A stretch of DNA of 64,000 nucleotides from Octopus sinensis (GCF_006345805.1 NC_042997.1:20460001-20524000); one strand, 5' to 3'. Counted from the first letter of the stretch, positions 12,071-26,559 are shown. Made by a program: numbers and translations. The notes: generated from the sequence alone by a model not told the origin.

Positions 12071-12771
12071 TGTCGTATGCAAGGCTGTAGGAAAATTACT
12101 TTCTTACCAAGTCTTTTGGGGGGAATAATGTAAGAATGCAACAGAGAAATGTATATATAAGAATACCTTCTCCAACAATAGTTTCTCTAAAACTCCTATA
12201 AATTCAGGTACATAACTTTTAACACCTTCCCGGGAAAATTAAACCCAATATTTTTTTTTTTCAAATATTGTAGATGTTTCCAGAATATTTAAGTGTGAAA
12301 ACACAAAGGAACAGTTTTATTACAAATCAAATAGTTAATGGAAAATGTTATAAACTAACTGTTTCTCTCATTGAAAATGAAAATTTTTCATGAGTAATAA
12401 AATTCTGTTGAAGGGAAGCCCTGCTACGTAAAATAATCGTTCGAAATAATTGTAATTTTACAATAGCAAGTTGCACATAGTGTGTACCATAAGAAATCCA
12501 TTTATCTTTCTCTTATACATTTCAAATCAGTTCTATGCTGAAGTAAATACTGAAGAGTGTTTTCTTTTTATAATTTTAAATCTATATTTTCATACAATAA
12601 AATATTGAAATATGATTTTTTTTTTTCCCTTTCAGGTTTAGATTGACAATGTTTTTCTTTTTTACCTGAGTCACACAATTTCACATTTTAACTTTTAAAA
12701 TCATTTAATTATTAAATATGTTTAAGCATTTCAACCACAATATTTTATTGATCTTAATATTGACAACAGTT

Positions 12772-12992
12772 AAGGTGGTGAGCTGGCAGAAACCTTAGCA
12801 CGCTGGACGAAATGCTTAGCAGTATTTCATCTATCTTTAATGTTCTGAGTTCAAATTCTGATGAGGTTGACTTTGCCTTTCATCCTTTCAGGGTCAATAA
12901 ATTAAGTACCAGTTGTGTACTGGGGTCGATCTAATTGACTGGCCCCACCTCCCCAAAAATTTCAGGCCTTATACTTAGAATAGAAAAGAATA
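12772..12992 (+). mobile_element. SINE family B, tail type 2, with TSD
   Basis: Family B head and core; tail ccccaaaaatttcaggcctt...gaaaagaat; TSD aatattgacaaca at 12756-12768 and 12989-13001. Confidence 0.9.
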
Positions 12993-13040
12993 TTGACAAC
13001 ATTAGTTTCCTCTACTGGCTCCAGCATATTATTATACTAC

Positions 13041-13493
13041 ATAGGCATGGCTGTGTGGTAAGGAGCTTGCTTCCAAACCATATGGTTCTGGGTTCAGTCT
13101 TATTGCATGGCACTTTGGGCAAGTGTCTTCTACTATAGTCTCGGGCCAACCAAAGTCTTCTGAGTGGATTTGGTAGACGGAAAGTGAAAGAAGTCCATTG
13201 TATGTGTTATGTGTGTATGTGTGTGTATGTGTGTGTATGTGTGTGTATGTGTGTGTTTGTGTGTGTGTGTGTGTGTTTGTGTGTGTGTATTTGTGTGTGT
13301 GTGTCTTTGTATCTGTGTTTGTTCCCCACCAATACTTGACAACCGGTGTTGGTGTGTTTATGCCCCCATAACGTAGCAGTTTGGCAAAAGATATTGATAG
13401 AATAAGTACTGAGATTGATTTATTCGATAAAAAATTCTTCAAGATGGTACCCCAGCATGGCCACACTCTAATAACTGAAGCAAGTAAAAGATA
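13041..13493 (+). mobile_element. SINE family A, full length (tRNA head, CORE-like ttgggcaagtgtctt, internal TG/TA microsatellite)
   Basis: tggctgtgtggtaag A-box-like and gggttcagtc B-box-like motifs; tail caagtaaaagata; five full copies in the window. Confidence 0.9.
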
Positions 13494-14189
13494 GCAACCA
13501 ATCTACCCATAGAACAGGATATCTATACAACCTTTGAATTGTTTAATATTACAGTTACAGTGTAAATAAGCATCTCAAAATATGAGAGGTGTGTATTTAA
13601 AAGAAAACTGTAAATATTTTAGGTGAATGATGATGCTAAAAATCTTATTAATTTTCTTTTTCAAACTACCAGTAATTTGTTTTAGGGCACATATATTTGT
13701 GAGCACTAAAAAGTTAGCTGAAAAGGATTATGTGGAGAAGGGAACACCATGACTCATCACTACTTCAGCAAGATCACTGAAATCTATGCTTTACTGATAA
13801 GGTTATAAGTAGGCTAGAACATGTCCAGAGTTTTTCCCTGTACTTGCTGAAATAATTAAAATATTGTAGTTAACTTATTTTTTCTTCACTAATTATTGTA
13901 AATGAACTTTTTGATGATTTCTTCTGACATAAACTTCCTCATTAATTGTCTGTCATATTCATGGTTATCATTAATTCATTTATAACTAAATCCAGACAAC
14001 GCATCAAGTTGTCAAGATGTTGAGGATGTTGAAACTTCATTTGTTTTTAAAGTGTCCTCTTCCTTGAGTTTTGCAAGTTCTTTAATAGTCAACATGCCTA
14101 ACATAATTTGAATATTAGATTTTGATGTCAAATATCCAGATATTCCAAAACTCCAAGGATAACTTGTTCTTTACCTTTTGGTGAATACT

Positions 14190-14770
14190 CCATCATCATC
14201 AGCATCATCATCATCATCATCATCTGCATCATCCTCCTCCTCATCATCATCATCATTGTTTAACGTTCGTTTTCCATGCTAGCATGGGTTGGGCAGTTCG
14301 ATCAAGGTCTGTGAACCAGGAGACTGTACCAGGCTCCAGTCTGATCTGGCAGTGTTTCTACAGCTGGATGCCCTTCCTAACGCCAACCACTCCGTGAGTG
14401 TAGAGGGTGCTTTTTACGTGCCACCAGCACAGGGGCTAGAGGAGGCTGGCAAACGGCAATGATCGGTTGGTGCTGGCATTTGCTCTGTTCGGACAGTGCT
14501 TTTACGTGTCACCGGCACAGGTATCTTAACTACAATTTCCATTGATTTTTATTTTGATGTTGACGTACTTGACTCAGTAGGTCTCCTCAAGAACAGCGGG
14601 TCCCTCTATGATCCAAGGTTAGCACAGCAGGCCGTCCTGTGAGCCATGAACTCCATTTGTCAAGTCTTCACAGTCACAGCATATCTCAGGTCTCGGTCTT
14701 CGTCATTTCCTCTGAGAGGCCCTACATGCCACCGACACGGGTATTACAACTACAATATCCATTTGATTAA
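14190..14770 (-). mobile_element. RTE 3' UTR / RTE-tailed element with V-domain-like motif and (GAT)n tail
   Basis: Minus strand has ggcgttaggaagggcatccagctgtagaaac and gaaaacgaacgttaaacaatgatgatg; contains the ORF-end module gaggaaatgacgaagaccgagacc. Confidence 0.8.
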
Positions 14771-15907
14771 GGAAATGATAGGTTAGTCTAATGGTTAGTC
14801 TCATTCCAAACTTTGTCACACAGATTTATTGCATCCTGTTTCTCATCCTTTTTGTACCTCTATTACAATAGCCTCTGATTCTCACAGCTGGTTGATCTTG
14901 CGCAACCTACATTCTGACACGCCTGACTTTCCTACCTCTTTTCTTGATAGCTATATTGGGTCACCCCATCGCAACCATCCCTTGTACTGAACAATATTTT
15001 CAGTCCTTCTCTGCAAGATGACAGTTCCTGCAAAAAAAAAAAAATCTTCTGCTCATATTTTAGCTGCAGCATTCAACTTAAAACTGTGTAAAAAGGACTT
15101 CAACCTTGGCAGCCCTTCCAGTTTTTGACAGCTCATAAATACCGTGGGTACACCACCTTCTTCCAGAGCAAATCAACAACAACAGAATTTGAATTTACAA
15201 AACTAAAGGCTCCAAACTTTATTACTGGAAAGATGTCAATTCTTTTGCACTTGTCTGCATGAAAGCAACCACCTCTGTACGGCATAAGAATAACTTTATG
15301 ATGAATCTGTTACCTATAGCAGTACAGCTTTTACAACTCTGTTTGATGGTTATTGTTGCTGCTACTGATGATGATGATTATGATGATGACAATGATAATG
15401 ATGCTGGCAACAACAACAATGATGATGATGATGTAGCTGAATATACAGGCATATACAAATATATAGATCTAAGCAGTGTGAATCACATTAGTAAATACTA
15501 AATTCAGCAACTAACATAATGTAACTCATCCATATTTGCAGTGAATCTGGCTGTAAAAACATTTCAGCCTAAGCAATTAGCAAATCAAAGGAAATGCTAA
15601 CAACAAAATTTCATTATTGCATCTTTGATATACACTCATGTATAAATGTAATAATGATGCCTTCATACACATATGTATATATTTGTATATTTATGTATGC
15701 GTATGTGTGTGTGTGTGGGGGGGGTGCAAACATATATGAGTATGAGTGTGTATGCATGTATGAATATTCAAGCATGCTTCCACACATTTAAACTACCTTA
15801 AATTGCATTCACGGTTGCACATACACTGACATGTGGACATGTTTAGTGTAACATATATATCTCTTTAGTGTTTTCTTTTGACAAGCATTAAATGAAAATG
15901 TGGTGTA

Positions 15908-18900
15908 TAGAATTACACACACATGTAGCATGTGTATATATTTGTATTCTTAATCACTTCTTTATTGTACATAAATATGTTTAAGTTTATACACACACAC
16001 ACACACACACACACGTGTGTGTATATGTGTTTGTGTGTGTTTGAATAAACATACATTAAAATTGATATAGATATAAATCTCATGACAAGTAAAATAGGTC
16101 TCTGCTAGAAATACACACACATGTAGCATGTGTATATATTTGTATTCTTAATCACTTCGTTATTGTACATAAATATGTTTAAGTTTATACACACACACAC
16201 ACACACACGTGTGTGTATATGTGTTTGTGTGTGTTTGAATAAACATACATTAAAATTGATATAGATATAAATCTCATGGCAAGTAAAATAGGTCTCTGCT
16301 AGAATTACACACACATGTAGCATGTGTATATATTTGTATTCTTAATCACTTCTTTATTGTACATAAATATGTTTAAGTTTATACACACACACACACACAC
16401 ACGTGTGTGTATATGTGTTTGTGTGTGTTTGAATAAACATACATTAAAATTGATATAGATATAAATCTCATGGCAAGTAAAATAGGTCTCTGCTAGAATT
16501 ACACACACATGTAGCATGTGTATATATTTGTATTCTTAATCACTTCTTTATTGTACATAAATATGTTTAAGTTTATACACACACACACACACACGTGTGT
16601 GTATATGTGTTTGTGGTGTTTTGAATAAACATACATTAAAATTGATATAGATATAAATCTCATGGCAAGTAAAATAGGTCTCTGCTAGAATTACACACAT
16701 GTAGCATGTGTATATATTTGTATTCTTAATCACTTCTTTATTGTACATAAATATGTTAAGTTTATACACACACACACACACACACGTGTGTGTATATGTG
16801 TTTGTGTGTGTTGAATAAACATACATTAAAATTGATATAGATATAAATCTCATGGCAAGTAAAATAGGTCTCTGCTAGAATTACACACACACATGTAGCA
16901 TGTGTATATATTTGTATTCTTAATCACTTCTTTATTGTACATAAATATGTTTAAGTTTATACACACACACACACACACACACGTGTGTGTATATGTGTTT
17001 GTGTGTGTTTGAATAAACATACATTAAAATTGATATAGATATAAATCTCATGACAAGTAAAATAGGTCTCTCTAGAATTACACACACATGTAGCATGTGT
17101 ATATATTTGTATTCTTAATCACTTCTTTATTGTACATAAATATGTTTAAGTTTATACACACACACACACACACGTGTGTGTATATGTGTTTGTGTGTGTT
17201 TGAATAAACATACATTAAAATTGATATAGATATAAATCTCATGACAAGTAAAATAGGTCTCTGCTAGAATTACACACACATGTAGCATGTGTATATATTT
17301 GAATTCTTAATCACTTCTTTATTGTACATAAATATGTTTAAGTTTATACACACACACACACACACACACGTGTGTGTATATGTGTTTGTGTGTGTTTGAA
17401 TAAACATACATTAAAATTGATATAGATATAAATCTCATGACAAGTAAAATAGGTCTCTGCTAGAAATACACAAACATGTAGCATGTGTATATATTTGTAT
17501 TCTTAATCACTTCTTTATTGTACATAAATATGTTTATGTTTATACACACACACACACACACGTGTGTGTATATGTGTTTGTGTGTGTTTGAATAAACATA
17601 CATTAAAATTGATATAGATATAAATCTCATGGCAAGTAAAATAGGTCTCTGCTAGAAATACACACACATGTAGCATCTGTATATATTTGTATTCTTAATC
17701 ACTTCTTTATGGTACATAAATATGTTTAAGTTTATACACACACACACACACACACGTGTGTGTATATGTGTTTGTGTGTGTTTGAATAAACATACATTAA
17801 AATTGATATAGATATAAATCTCATGGCAAGTAAAATAGGTCTCTGCTAGAAATACACAAACATGTAGCATGTGTATATATTTGTATTCTTAATCACTTCT
17901 TTATTGTACATAAATATGTTTAAGTTTATACCACACACAACACACACACGTGTGTGTATATGTGTTTGTGTGTGTTTGAATAAACATACATTAAAATTGA
18001 TATAGATATAAATCTCATGGCAAGTAAAATAGGTCTCTGCTAGAAATACACAACATGTAGCATGTGTATATATTTATATCTTAATCACTTCTTTATTGTA
18101 CATAAATATGTTTAAGTTTATACACACACACACACACACACGTGTGTGTATATGTGTTTGTGTGTTTGAATAAACATACATTAAAATTGATATAGATATA
18201 AATCTCATGACAAGTAAAATAGGTCTCTGCTAGAAATACACACACATGTAGCATGTGTATATATTGTATTCTTAATCACTTCTTTATTGTACATAAATAT
18301 GTTTAAGTTTATACAACACACACACACACACACGTGTGTTATATGTGTTTGTGTGTGTGTTTGAATAAACATACATTAAAATTGATATAGATATAAATCT
18401 CATGACAAGTAAAATAGGTCTCTAGAATTACACACATGTAGCATGTGTATATATTTTATTCTTAATCACTTCTTTATTGTACATAAATATGTTTAAGTTT
18501 ATACACACACACACACACACGTGTGTGTATATGTGTTTGTGTGTGTTTGAATAAACATACATTAAAATTGATATAGATATAAATCTCATGACAAGTAAAA
18601 TAGGTCTCTGCTAGAATTACACACACATGTAGCATGTGTATATATTTGAATTCTTAATCACTTCTTTATTGTACATAAATATGTTTAAGTTTATACACAC
18701 ACACACCACAACGTGTGTGTATATGTGTTTGTGTGTGTTTGAATAAACATACATTAAAATTGATATAGATATAAATCTCATGACAAGTAAAATAGGTCTC
18801 TGCTAGAAATACACAAACATGTAGCATGTGTATATATTTGTATTCTTAATCACTTCTTTATTGTACATAAATATGTTTATGTTTATACACACACACACAC

Positions 18901-20560
18901 ACACGTGTGTGTATATGTGTTTGTGTGTGTTTGAATAAACATACATTAAAATTGATATAGATATAAATCTCATGGCAAGTAAAATAGGTCTCTGCTAGAA
19001 ATACACACACATGTAGCATGTGTATATATTTGTATTCTTAATCACTTCTTTATTGTACATAAATGTTTAAGTTTATACACACACACACACACACACGTGT
19101 GTGTATATGTGTTTTGTGGTGTTTGAATAAACATACATTAAAATTGATATAGATATAAATCTCATGACAAGTAAAATAGGTCTCTGCTAGAAATACACAC
19201 ACTGTAGCATGTGTATATATTTGTATTCTTAATCACTTCGTTATTGTACATAAATATGTTTAAGTTTATACACACACACACACACACACACGTGTGTGTA
19301 TATGTGTTTGTGTGTGTTTGAATACAACATACATTAAAATTGATATAGATATAAATCTCATGGCAAGTAAAATAGGTCTCTGCTAGAATTACACACACAT
19401 GTAGCATGTGTATATATTTGTATTCTTAATCACTTCTTTATTGTACATAAATATGTTTAGTTTATACACAACACACACACACACGTGTGTGTATATGTGT
19501 TTGTGTGTGTTTGAATAAACATACATTAAAATTGATATAGATATAAATCTCATGGCATGTAAAATAGGTCTCTGCTAGAAATACACACACATGTAGCATG
19601 TGTATATATTTGTATTCTTAATCACTTCTTATTGTACATAAATATGTTTAAGTTTATACACACACACACACACACACATGTGTGTGTATATGTGTTTGTG
19701 TGTGTTTGAATAAACATACATTAAAATTGATATAGATATAAATCTCATGGCAAGTAAAATAGGTCTCTGCTAGAATTACACACACATGTAGCATGTGTAT
19801 ATATTTGTATTCTTAATCACTTCTTTATTGTACATAAATATGTTTAAGTTTATACACACACACACACACACACGTGTGTGTATATGTGTTTGTGTGTGTT
19901 TGAATAAACATACATTAAAATTGATATAGATATAAATCTCATGACAAGTAAAATAGGTCTCTAGAATTACACACACATGTAGCATGTGTATATATTTGTA
20001 TTCTTAATCACTTCTTTATTGTACATAAATATGTTTAAGTTTATACACACACACACACACACGTGTGTGTATATGTGTTTGTGTGTGTTTGAATAAACAT
20101 ACATTAAAATTGATATAGATATAAATCTCATGGCAAGTAAAATAGGTCTCTGCTAGAAATACACACACATGTAGCATGTGTATATATTTGTATTCTTAAT
20201 CACTTCTTTATTGTACATAAATATGTTTAAGTTTATACACACACACACACACACACACGTGTGTGTATATGTGTTTGTGTGTGTTTGAATAAACATACAT
20301 TAAAATTGATATAGATATAAATCTCATGGCAAGTAAAATAGGTCTCTGCTAGAAATACACAAACATGTAGCATGTGTATATATTTGTATTCTTAATCACT
20401 TCTTTATTGTACATAAATATGTTTAAGTTTATACACACACACACACACACACGTGTGTGTATATGTGTTTGTGTGTGTTTGAATAAACATACATTAAAAT
20501 TGATATATATATAAATCTCATGACAAGTAAAATAGGTCTCTGCTAGAAATACACAAACAT
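15908..20560. repeat. Tandem satellite array: 24 full units of ~193 bp plus a partial unit
   Basis: Unit tagaa(t/a)tacacacacatgtagcatgtg...(CA)nCGTGTG...aaatctcatg(a/g)caagtaaaataggtctctgc; unit starts at 15908, 16106, 16300 ... 20350, 20544. Confidence 0.98.
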
Positions 20561-21447
20561 ATGTCATGAGATTTCTCCAAACACATTTGTTTGAAAATGT
20601 AGAGATGTGAGTTGTTTTTATTTTATTTTATTTTATTTTATTCTCTGAGTTAGAGAAAATCAAATAAAAGTCTCTAACATACATTTTTAGGAAAGTTTCC
20701 ATTTTGAATTTCATAATTATCAGCTAATTCTAACAGTGTTTGTCTTTTCTGGAGTGTTTTAACACAGAAATACATTAAAATGGGTTAACTCTTTTTCAAA
20801 AAGAGTCCTTTTCTGATAGTTGAAATCTTTGATTTCATATTTTAATTATCAACACAAATAACATAATTCTTCTGATTTCATTGGTTACTCAAATTTCAAA
20901 GTGGTTTGGAAATTATATTTTTATGCACTTCTTGTTTTTAATGAGATAATTTTTCATTTTCAGAAAGATTATTTTTGAGGGGAAAAAAAAAGAAAAATCT
21001 AAAAGGATTTAATCCACTGAAAAAAATATGTGAGATTGTCAGTTGAAAAGAGTTAGACTGGCAAAAAATTAATAAATATATAAAGATTTCATACAGTTTT
21101 CTTTTTCTCTTGTTCAAGGAAACCATTGAGGAAGTAAATTGCAATATTGATACACTATGTTAAAAATGATATAATGCTCTAAAGTACTTTGACCTTGTTG
21201 TGGAACTTTGAGTGAATTAAAGAAAGTGAATAGAGAAGGTATGTTGTGCTGATGGTGATAAAAGAAAAATTGTTCCAATTTGTGATAGCACAGAAATGTT
21301 TTGACCCTGTATTACTGACCACATGTTATGAGTTCAAATGTACTTCAGACAAGCATTACTAGTCAGTTTACGTTGTTGTATTTGCTTCATTTGAACGAAC
21401 AAAAAAGTCTCTGCATGGTCATCACTCAATAAAATTGCCTTCAAATC

Positions 21448-21528
21448 ACATCATCATCATCATCATCGTTTAACGTCTGCTTTCCATGCTAGCATGGGTT
21501 GGACGATTTGACTGAGGTCTGGCGAACC
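21448..21528 (-). mobile_element. Short RTE-type 3' tail inserted in a family E repeat
   Basis: (cat)n cgtttaacgtctgctttccatgctagcatgggttggacg interrupts family E sequence (aaatcac|...|ctactct). Confidence 0.7.
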
Positions 21529-22658
21529 TACTCTATTAAATAAAGAAAGGACTAGTAAGAAAAATATGTTCCTATATTCCCCTAAAAAACGAAGGGAGTT
21601 CAAGCTGGAATGCCTTTGATCATAGGTCTGCTCAATAAAATACAGTAAGTAACAATATCACTACCATCTCATCTGTGAATAATTGATAGGGTTTTAACTA
21701 AATACATCGGTTTATTTTCTGGAAACTATATTATAATTACTGTATGGGATTTGACAATTTTATGTCAGTTTCTGAAGTGAATTAAAGACATGTTTTAAAT
21801 CTAATTTACAATTACTGTAGAATTTTGGTTTCAGTGAATATATTATTGAATTTACAATTTTTTATGTAACGATGTGTTGATACTGTATTTATTATAGTTT
21901 AGATTTAAAGTTCTATAGAAAGATCATCAACATAGCTACAATCCAGTGATGGAAACAAATAAACGATAAAAGAAAATGTGCTTGATTGTATAACAAAGAA
22001 TAGAAAAGAAGTGTTTGCATTATTATGTCATTGGCAAAATGACCCTCCCAAAGATCTTAAAAGTTACACTATGATGCAAAGTAAGAAATCTGTTCTGAAA
22101 ACTATACTCCAATTACTACAAAGTATTAGCATTAGTGAGAATTACATATAATTTGATAAGACAAACTAGAAAATCTCTCCTGAAAATAAATATTTGATTT
22201 CTCTTTTCAAAATCACTCTCAACAATAATAGCAAGTTTGTTAGAATTTATAAAAGGAAAAGGAAACACACTAATCTAATTCAAAGTGAGCAGAAAACCAT
22301 AAAATTGTCAACATGAGTTACAAGCAGATTATACAAGAGAAAAAAGAAAACAGAAAGTTTCCTAAAGTAGAAGAAAGAAACAACTTTTCTTATAAGAGGT
22401 GACAATACCAATGAAAAGTTTGGAATTTGTAGAAAGATAAATTATTTCGATTAGTAACATTGAGAGGAGGAACAATATAAGAAAGCTCAACAGAACATAC
22501 AATCATGGAAGTATTTATAGTATACAACTAAAGTGGCATTAGCCTGGTAATAAGAGGAAAGGGGGTGAAGTTTAGCTGCCAAAACAAGACCAGCAATGTT
22601 AGGAACTCATTTTTAGACCTGGTCAAGAAAAAAGAAATAACAAGAACAGAGACACAGA

Positions 22659-22887
22659 AAGGCTGGCAAGCTGGCAGAACCATTAGCACTCCGGGCGAAA
22701 TGCTTAGCAGTATTTCGTCTGCCACTATGTTCTGAGTTCAAATTCCGCTGAGATCGACTTTGCCTTTCATCCTTTCAGGGTCAATTAAATAAGTACCAGG
22801 GTCGATATAATCGACTTAATCCATTTGTCTGTCTTTGTTTGTCCCCTCTGTGCATGGCTCCTTGTGGGCAGTACAGAAATAAGAAAT
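22659..22887 (+). mobile_element. SINE family B, tail type 1
   Basis: Full head, core and tail; imperfect flanking repeat aacagagaca. Confidence 0.9.
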
Positions 22888-23340
22888 AAAAACAGAGACA
22901 TAAAACTCATAAGTAACAGCCCTATTTTATTCATAAGAGATTTATCATAAATAAATGATACATTCAGAGGGAAGATACTGATGTGCTTGAAATTGAAGCC
23001 CAACCTTCATAGCAGCTAATTTAGCAATAAATCTAATATGACCAATTCAAGAAAAATCTTGCAAAATGTTAAACCAAAATGACAAAGACTCAGAAAAAAG
23101 TGTATCAAACGTAGAAGTATATTTTCATCAGACTTCCTGTAACAATTAGTGGAAAGTAGTGTAGTTTCTGCAGGGTTGAAAGTAACCAACTACTAAGCAC
23201 TCCAATCAGTCATTGAATGCAGGTCAAGCACAACAGTTACTTCTTCCTTATCAAACAAATCAGATTTCTCATTCAAACAGAAAAACACATTGTCATCAAC
23301 AAAGACAAGTTTAGATGTAACATCAAGAAGGTCATTAATA

Positions 23341-23733
23341 ATTCTTTCTACTGAAGGCACAAGACCATGAAATTTTGGGGGAGGGGACTAGTCGATTACA
23401 TCGACTCCAGTGTTTCACTGGTACTTGATTTATCGACCCCAAAAGGATGAGAGGCAAGGTCAACCTTGGCAAAATTGAACTCAGAATGTAGCAGCAGATG
23501 AAATACCTATTTCTTTACTTCCCACAAGGGGCTACACACAGAGGGGACAAACAAGGACAGACAAACGGATTAAGTCGATTATATCGACCCCAGTGCAACT
23601 GGTACTTATTTAATCGACCCTGAAAGGATAAAAGGCAAAGTCGACCTCGGCAGAATTTGAACTCAGAACATAGCAGCAGATGAATACCACTAAGCATTTT
23701 GCCTGGCATACTAACGATTCTGCCAGCTCACTT
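23341..23733 (-). mobile_element. Dimeric SINE family B (head + core + tail 1, then second core + tail 2)
   Basis: Two tandem cores joined at gaaatacc|tatttc (about 23500-23513); only one head present. Confidence 0.85.
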
Positions 23734-23839
23734 AATAATAATTACGAAAACTATGGGACTAAAAATAGATTGAGGAAAACTAGAGGACATGCCAGGGTAA
23801 GTAGGAGCATGATGACCATTTAAGATAAATTAATTCAAC

Positions 23840-24080
23840 ATTCATTCAGAAAAGATTAAATAAATGCCAAGATTCTTCCAGAAATTCCATATAGCGTAAG
23901 CTGGCTGAGGGTCAGCAAACCAAACCTTGTTAAATACTTTCAATATAGTTAAGACAACAATACTTGTCTCATTGTTATTATCTAAAGCATGACAGAAACA
24001 TTTCCTTGTGTTGGTCAGAATATCAACAGTGAGGCCTAAGAACATAAACTGTACTGTTTATCAGAAAACAAAGTGATTTA
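23840..24080 (-). pseudogene. Degenerate CR1/Jockey-group LINE RT fragment
   Basis: SDKQY.F...TVDILT...HALDNNNETSIVVLTILKVFNKVW...YGISGRIL resembles QYGF/RST/LDISKAFDRVWH/YGISG. Confidence 0.6.
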
Positions 24081-24285
24081 GGGAGCAAAACAAGAGCCTA
24101 TTGATTATTTTCAATAATAAATATATATCATTTAATGAAATACCCAAAAAATGTTTATGATACATGTATCATATTTCTGCTAGTACCTAGATTGAAAAGA
24201 AGCATCACCCTTTCATACATTTGAGCTAATAGCAAAGAAACAAATGATTCCTATGTACTTTTTGTTGCTTTAGCTCAGCTACAAG

Positions 24286-24425
24286 TCTTTTACTTGTTTC
24301 AGTCATTTGACTGTGGCCATGCTGGAGCACTGCCTTTAGTACCGCTAGGTTACAAGGATGTAAACACACCAGCATCGGTTGTCAAGCGAGGTTGGGGGGA
24401 TAAACACAGACACACAAATATATAG

Positions 24426-24456
<31 letters not shown>

Positions 24457-24630
24457 CATATATGCGACAGGTTTCTTTCAGTTTCTGTCTACCAAATCCA
24501 CTCACAAGGCTTTGGTCGGCCCGAGGCTCTAGTAGAAGACACTTGCCCAAGGTGCCATGCAGTGGGACTGAACCCAGAACCATGTGGTTGGTAAGCAAGC
24601 TACTTACCACACAGCCACTCCTACGCCTAC
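24286..24630 (-). mobile_element. SINE family A
   Basis: Reverse complement of 43292-43705 with an internal deletion. Confidence 0.9.
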
Positions 24631-24897
24631 GTGTAAACATGTTGAGAATATGGTAAACAATTTACAGACTTTGGTTAAATCAAGGAATAGTTATTAACTG
24701 ATGAAGAATATTATCATACCCGCAGCAAACTATATAAAAAAAGTTGCATGAAATCCCAAAATAAAGAACTTACAAATTCAAATCCAAATATTTGAATCTT
24801 TCTCAATTATCTAATTTATACCAGCATTAAAAAATGGTTATACATGATAAATCACTTATTTATGTGTATGTGTATCTGTGGGTGCTCTTGTGTGTGC

Positions 24898-24951
<54 letters not shown>

Positions 24952-25419
24952 AACAACTGACTTTATAAAGACATCAATCGTTTTGAATAATATAGAACTG
25001 CTTATAGTCAAATGTTCACAAATATTTATGAGTCAGAAGATATTCGAAACTGATATCAGTGGAGCTTCCTAGTCCATTTGAGTCCTATCGACTACATATT
25101 TCCAACATGTTATGAAATAGATATTTTCCTTGCCTACAACTGGATTTCAGCAATGTAGTTGGAAGTTTTTGAAATACACTTATATCATGCAAGAAAATTT
25201 TGATATTCTAGTAATTATCAAAGGAAATATCATATAGAAAATTGGCTTTCATAAGATCAATAATCCAGCTATTAAATAAGTGTAATCTGAATTTAGGTAT
25301 GACTACTCTATTGAAACAGAGTTATATCAGAGGAATCAGATTCACTTCTGGCTATTTATTCAATATTCCAGAATTTTAACCACTAAAGAACAAAGGTTCA
25401 TTTTATAACAGATGTTTTC

Positions 25420-25489
<70 letters not shown>

Positions 25490-25890
25490 TATACATATAT
25501 ATACATATATATAAAGTCAAGAGGTATGAAGGTGAATATAGATTTATTTAACCCTGTGACTTCCACAGGGTTATGACTGTTTCACAACCTTCTTTATGAA
25601 GTATTATAACATTAATTTCAGTATACAGTAAATTATGTGTACATGTTTGGATTAATATATGTGCTCAGCATTATACAATACAATTGTATATGCAAAAACT
25701 AATGCAAGCAGAGAAAACTAGCTCATCAGATCATCAGAATATCATGCTTACATCAGCAGTTTAACTTCAAATGTGCACATAAAAGTTACTCTTTATATAT
25801 ACAATGTATGGACAACCTAAACTGAATAAAATTACATTGATTTCCTTTGTAAAAGGCGAACATCAGAATACAGATACATTGTGGGTCTAT

Positions 25891-26330
25891 TCATCATCAA
25901 CATCATCATTTAACGTCTGCTCTCCATAGGTTGGACAGTTTGACTGGAATTGGTAAACTGAAGAACTGTACCAGGAAGAGCTGCACCAGTCTGATGTCCT
26001 TCCCTATTGCCAACCACTCTAAGAGTATAATAGGTGCTTTTTATATGCCGCTGGCATGGGTACCATTTACATATCAGTGGCACATTCCACAATTATGGTT
26101 TCACTTGGCTCGATGAGTCTTCTCAAGCACAGCATATCACCAAGGTTTCAGTTATTCGTCATCACCTCTGTGAATCACAACATTCAAAGATCATGTTTCA
26201 ACACATTGTCCTTTGTCTCCGTCAGGCCCAACATTTGAAGATGATGCTACCAGCAATGGCCATGGTTACAATTTCATTGGTATCATTTACATGACATCAG
26301 CAATGGTCATGCCTATGATTTAACTTGATT
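25891..26330 (-). mobile_element. RTE 3' UTR fragment with (GAT)n tail
   Basis: catcatttaacgtctgctctccataggttggacag...gccaaccactc...ggtgctttt, as at 1674 and 38302. Confidence 0.75.
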
Positions 26331-26559
26331 TTTTTCTTTACATATGAATGCCCTTGTATGAATTAAGATAAAGTGTTGAATTGAAATTAAGGGATTCACC
26401 ATCCTTGATTTAAGTCAAACGATGAGAAATAACAAGAGATAAAATAATAGACAAAGCAAAAAATAAAATAACATAAGATTATAAGAAAATAATATAAAGA
26501 TATTTACCAAAATAATTGCACAGACAGGTAGGGAGGGGACAAAACAGCTGGTGATTTAA

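Noticed and set aside
15908-20560. CRISPR-like array or repeated small ORFs (MLHVCVILAETYF...)
   Set aside because: Units are wholly repeated with no unique spacers and no cas genes; the ORFs open and close with (CA)n length.
21119-21238. Candidate + strand exon (pyrimidine tract-caag| ... gaag|gtatgt)
   Set aside because: Stops in all three frames and no supporting gene context.
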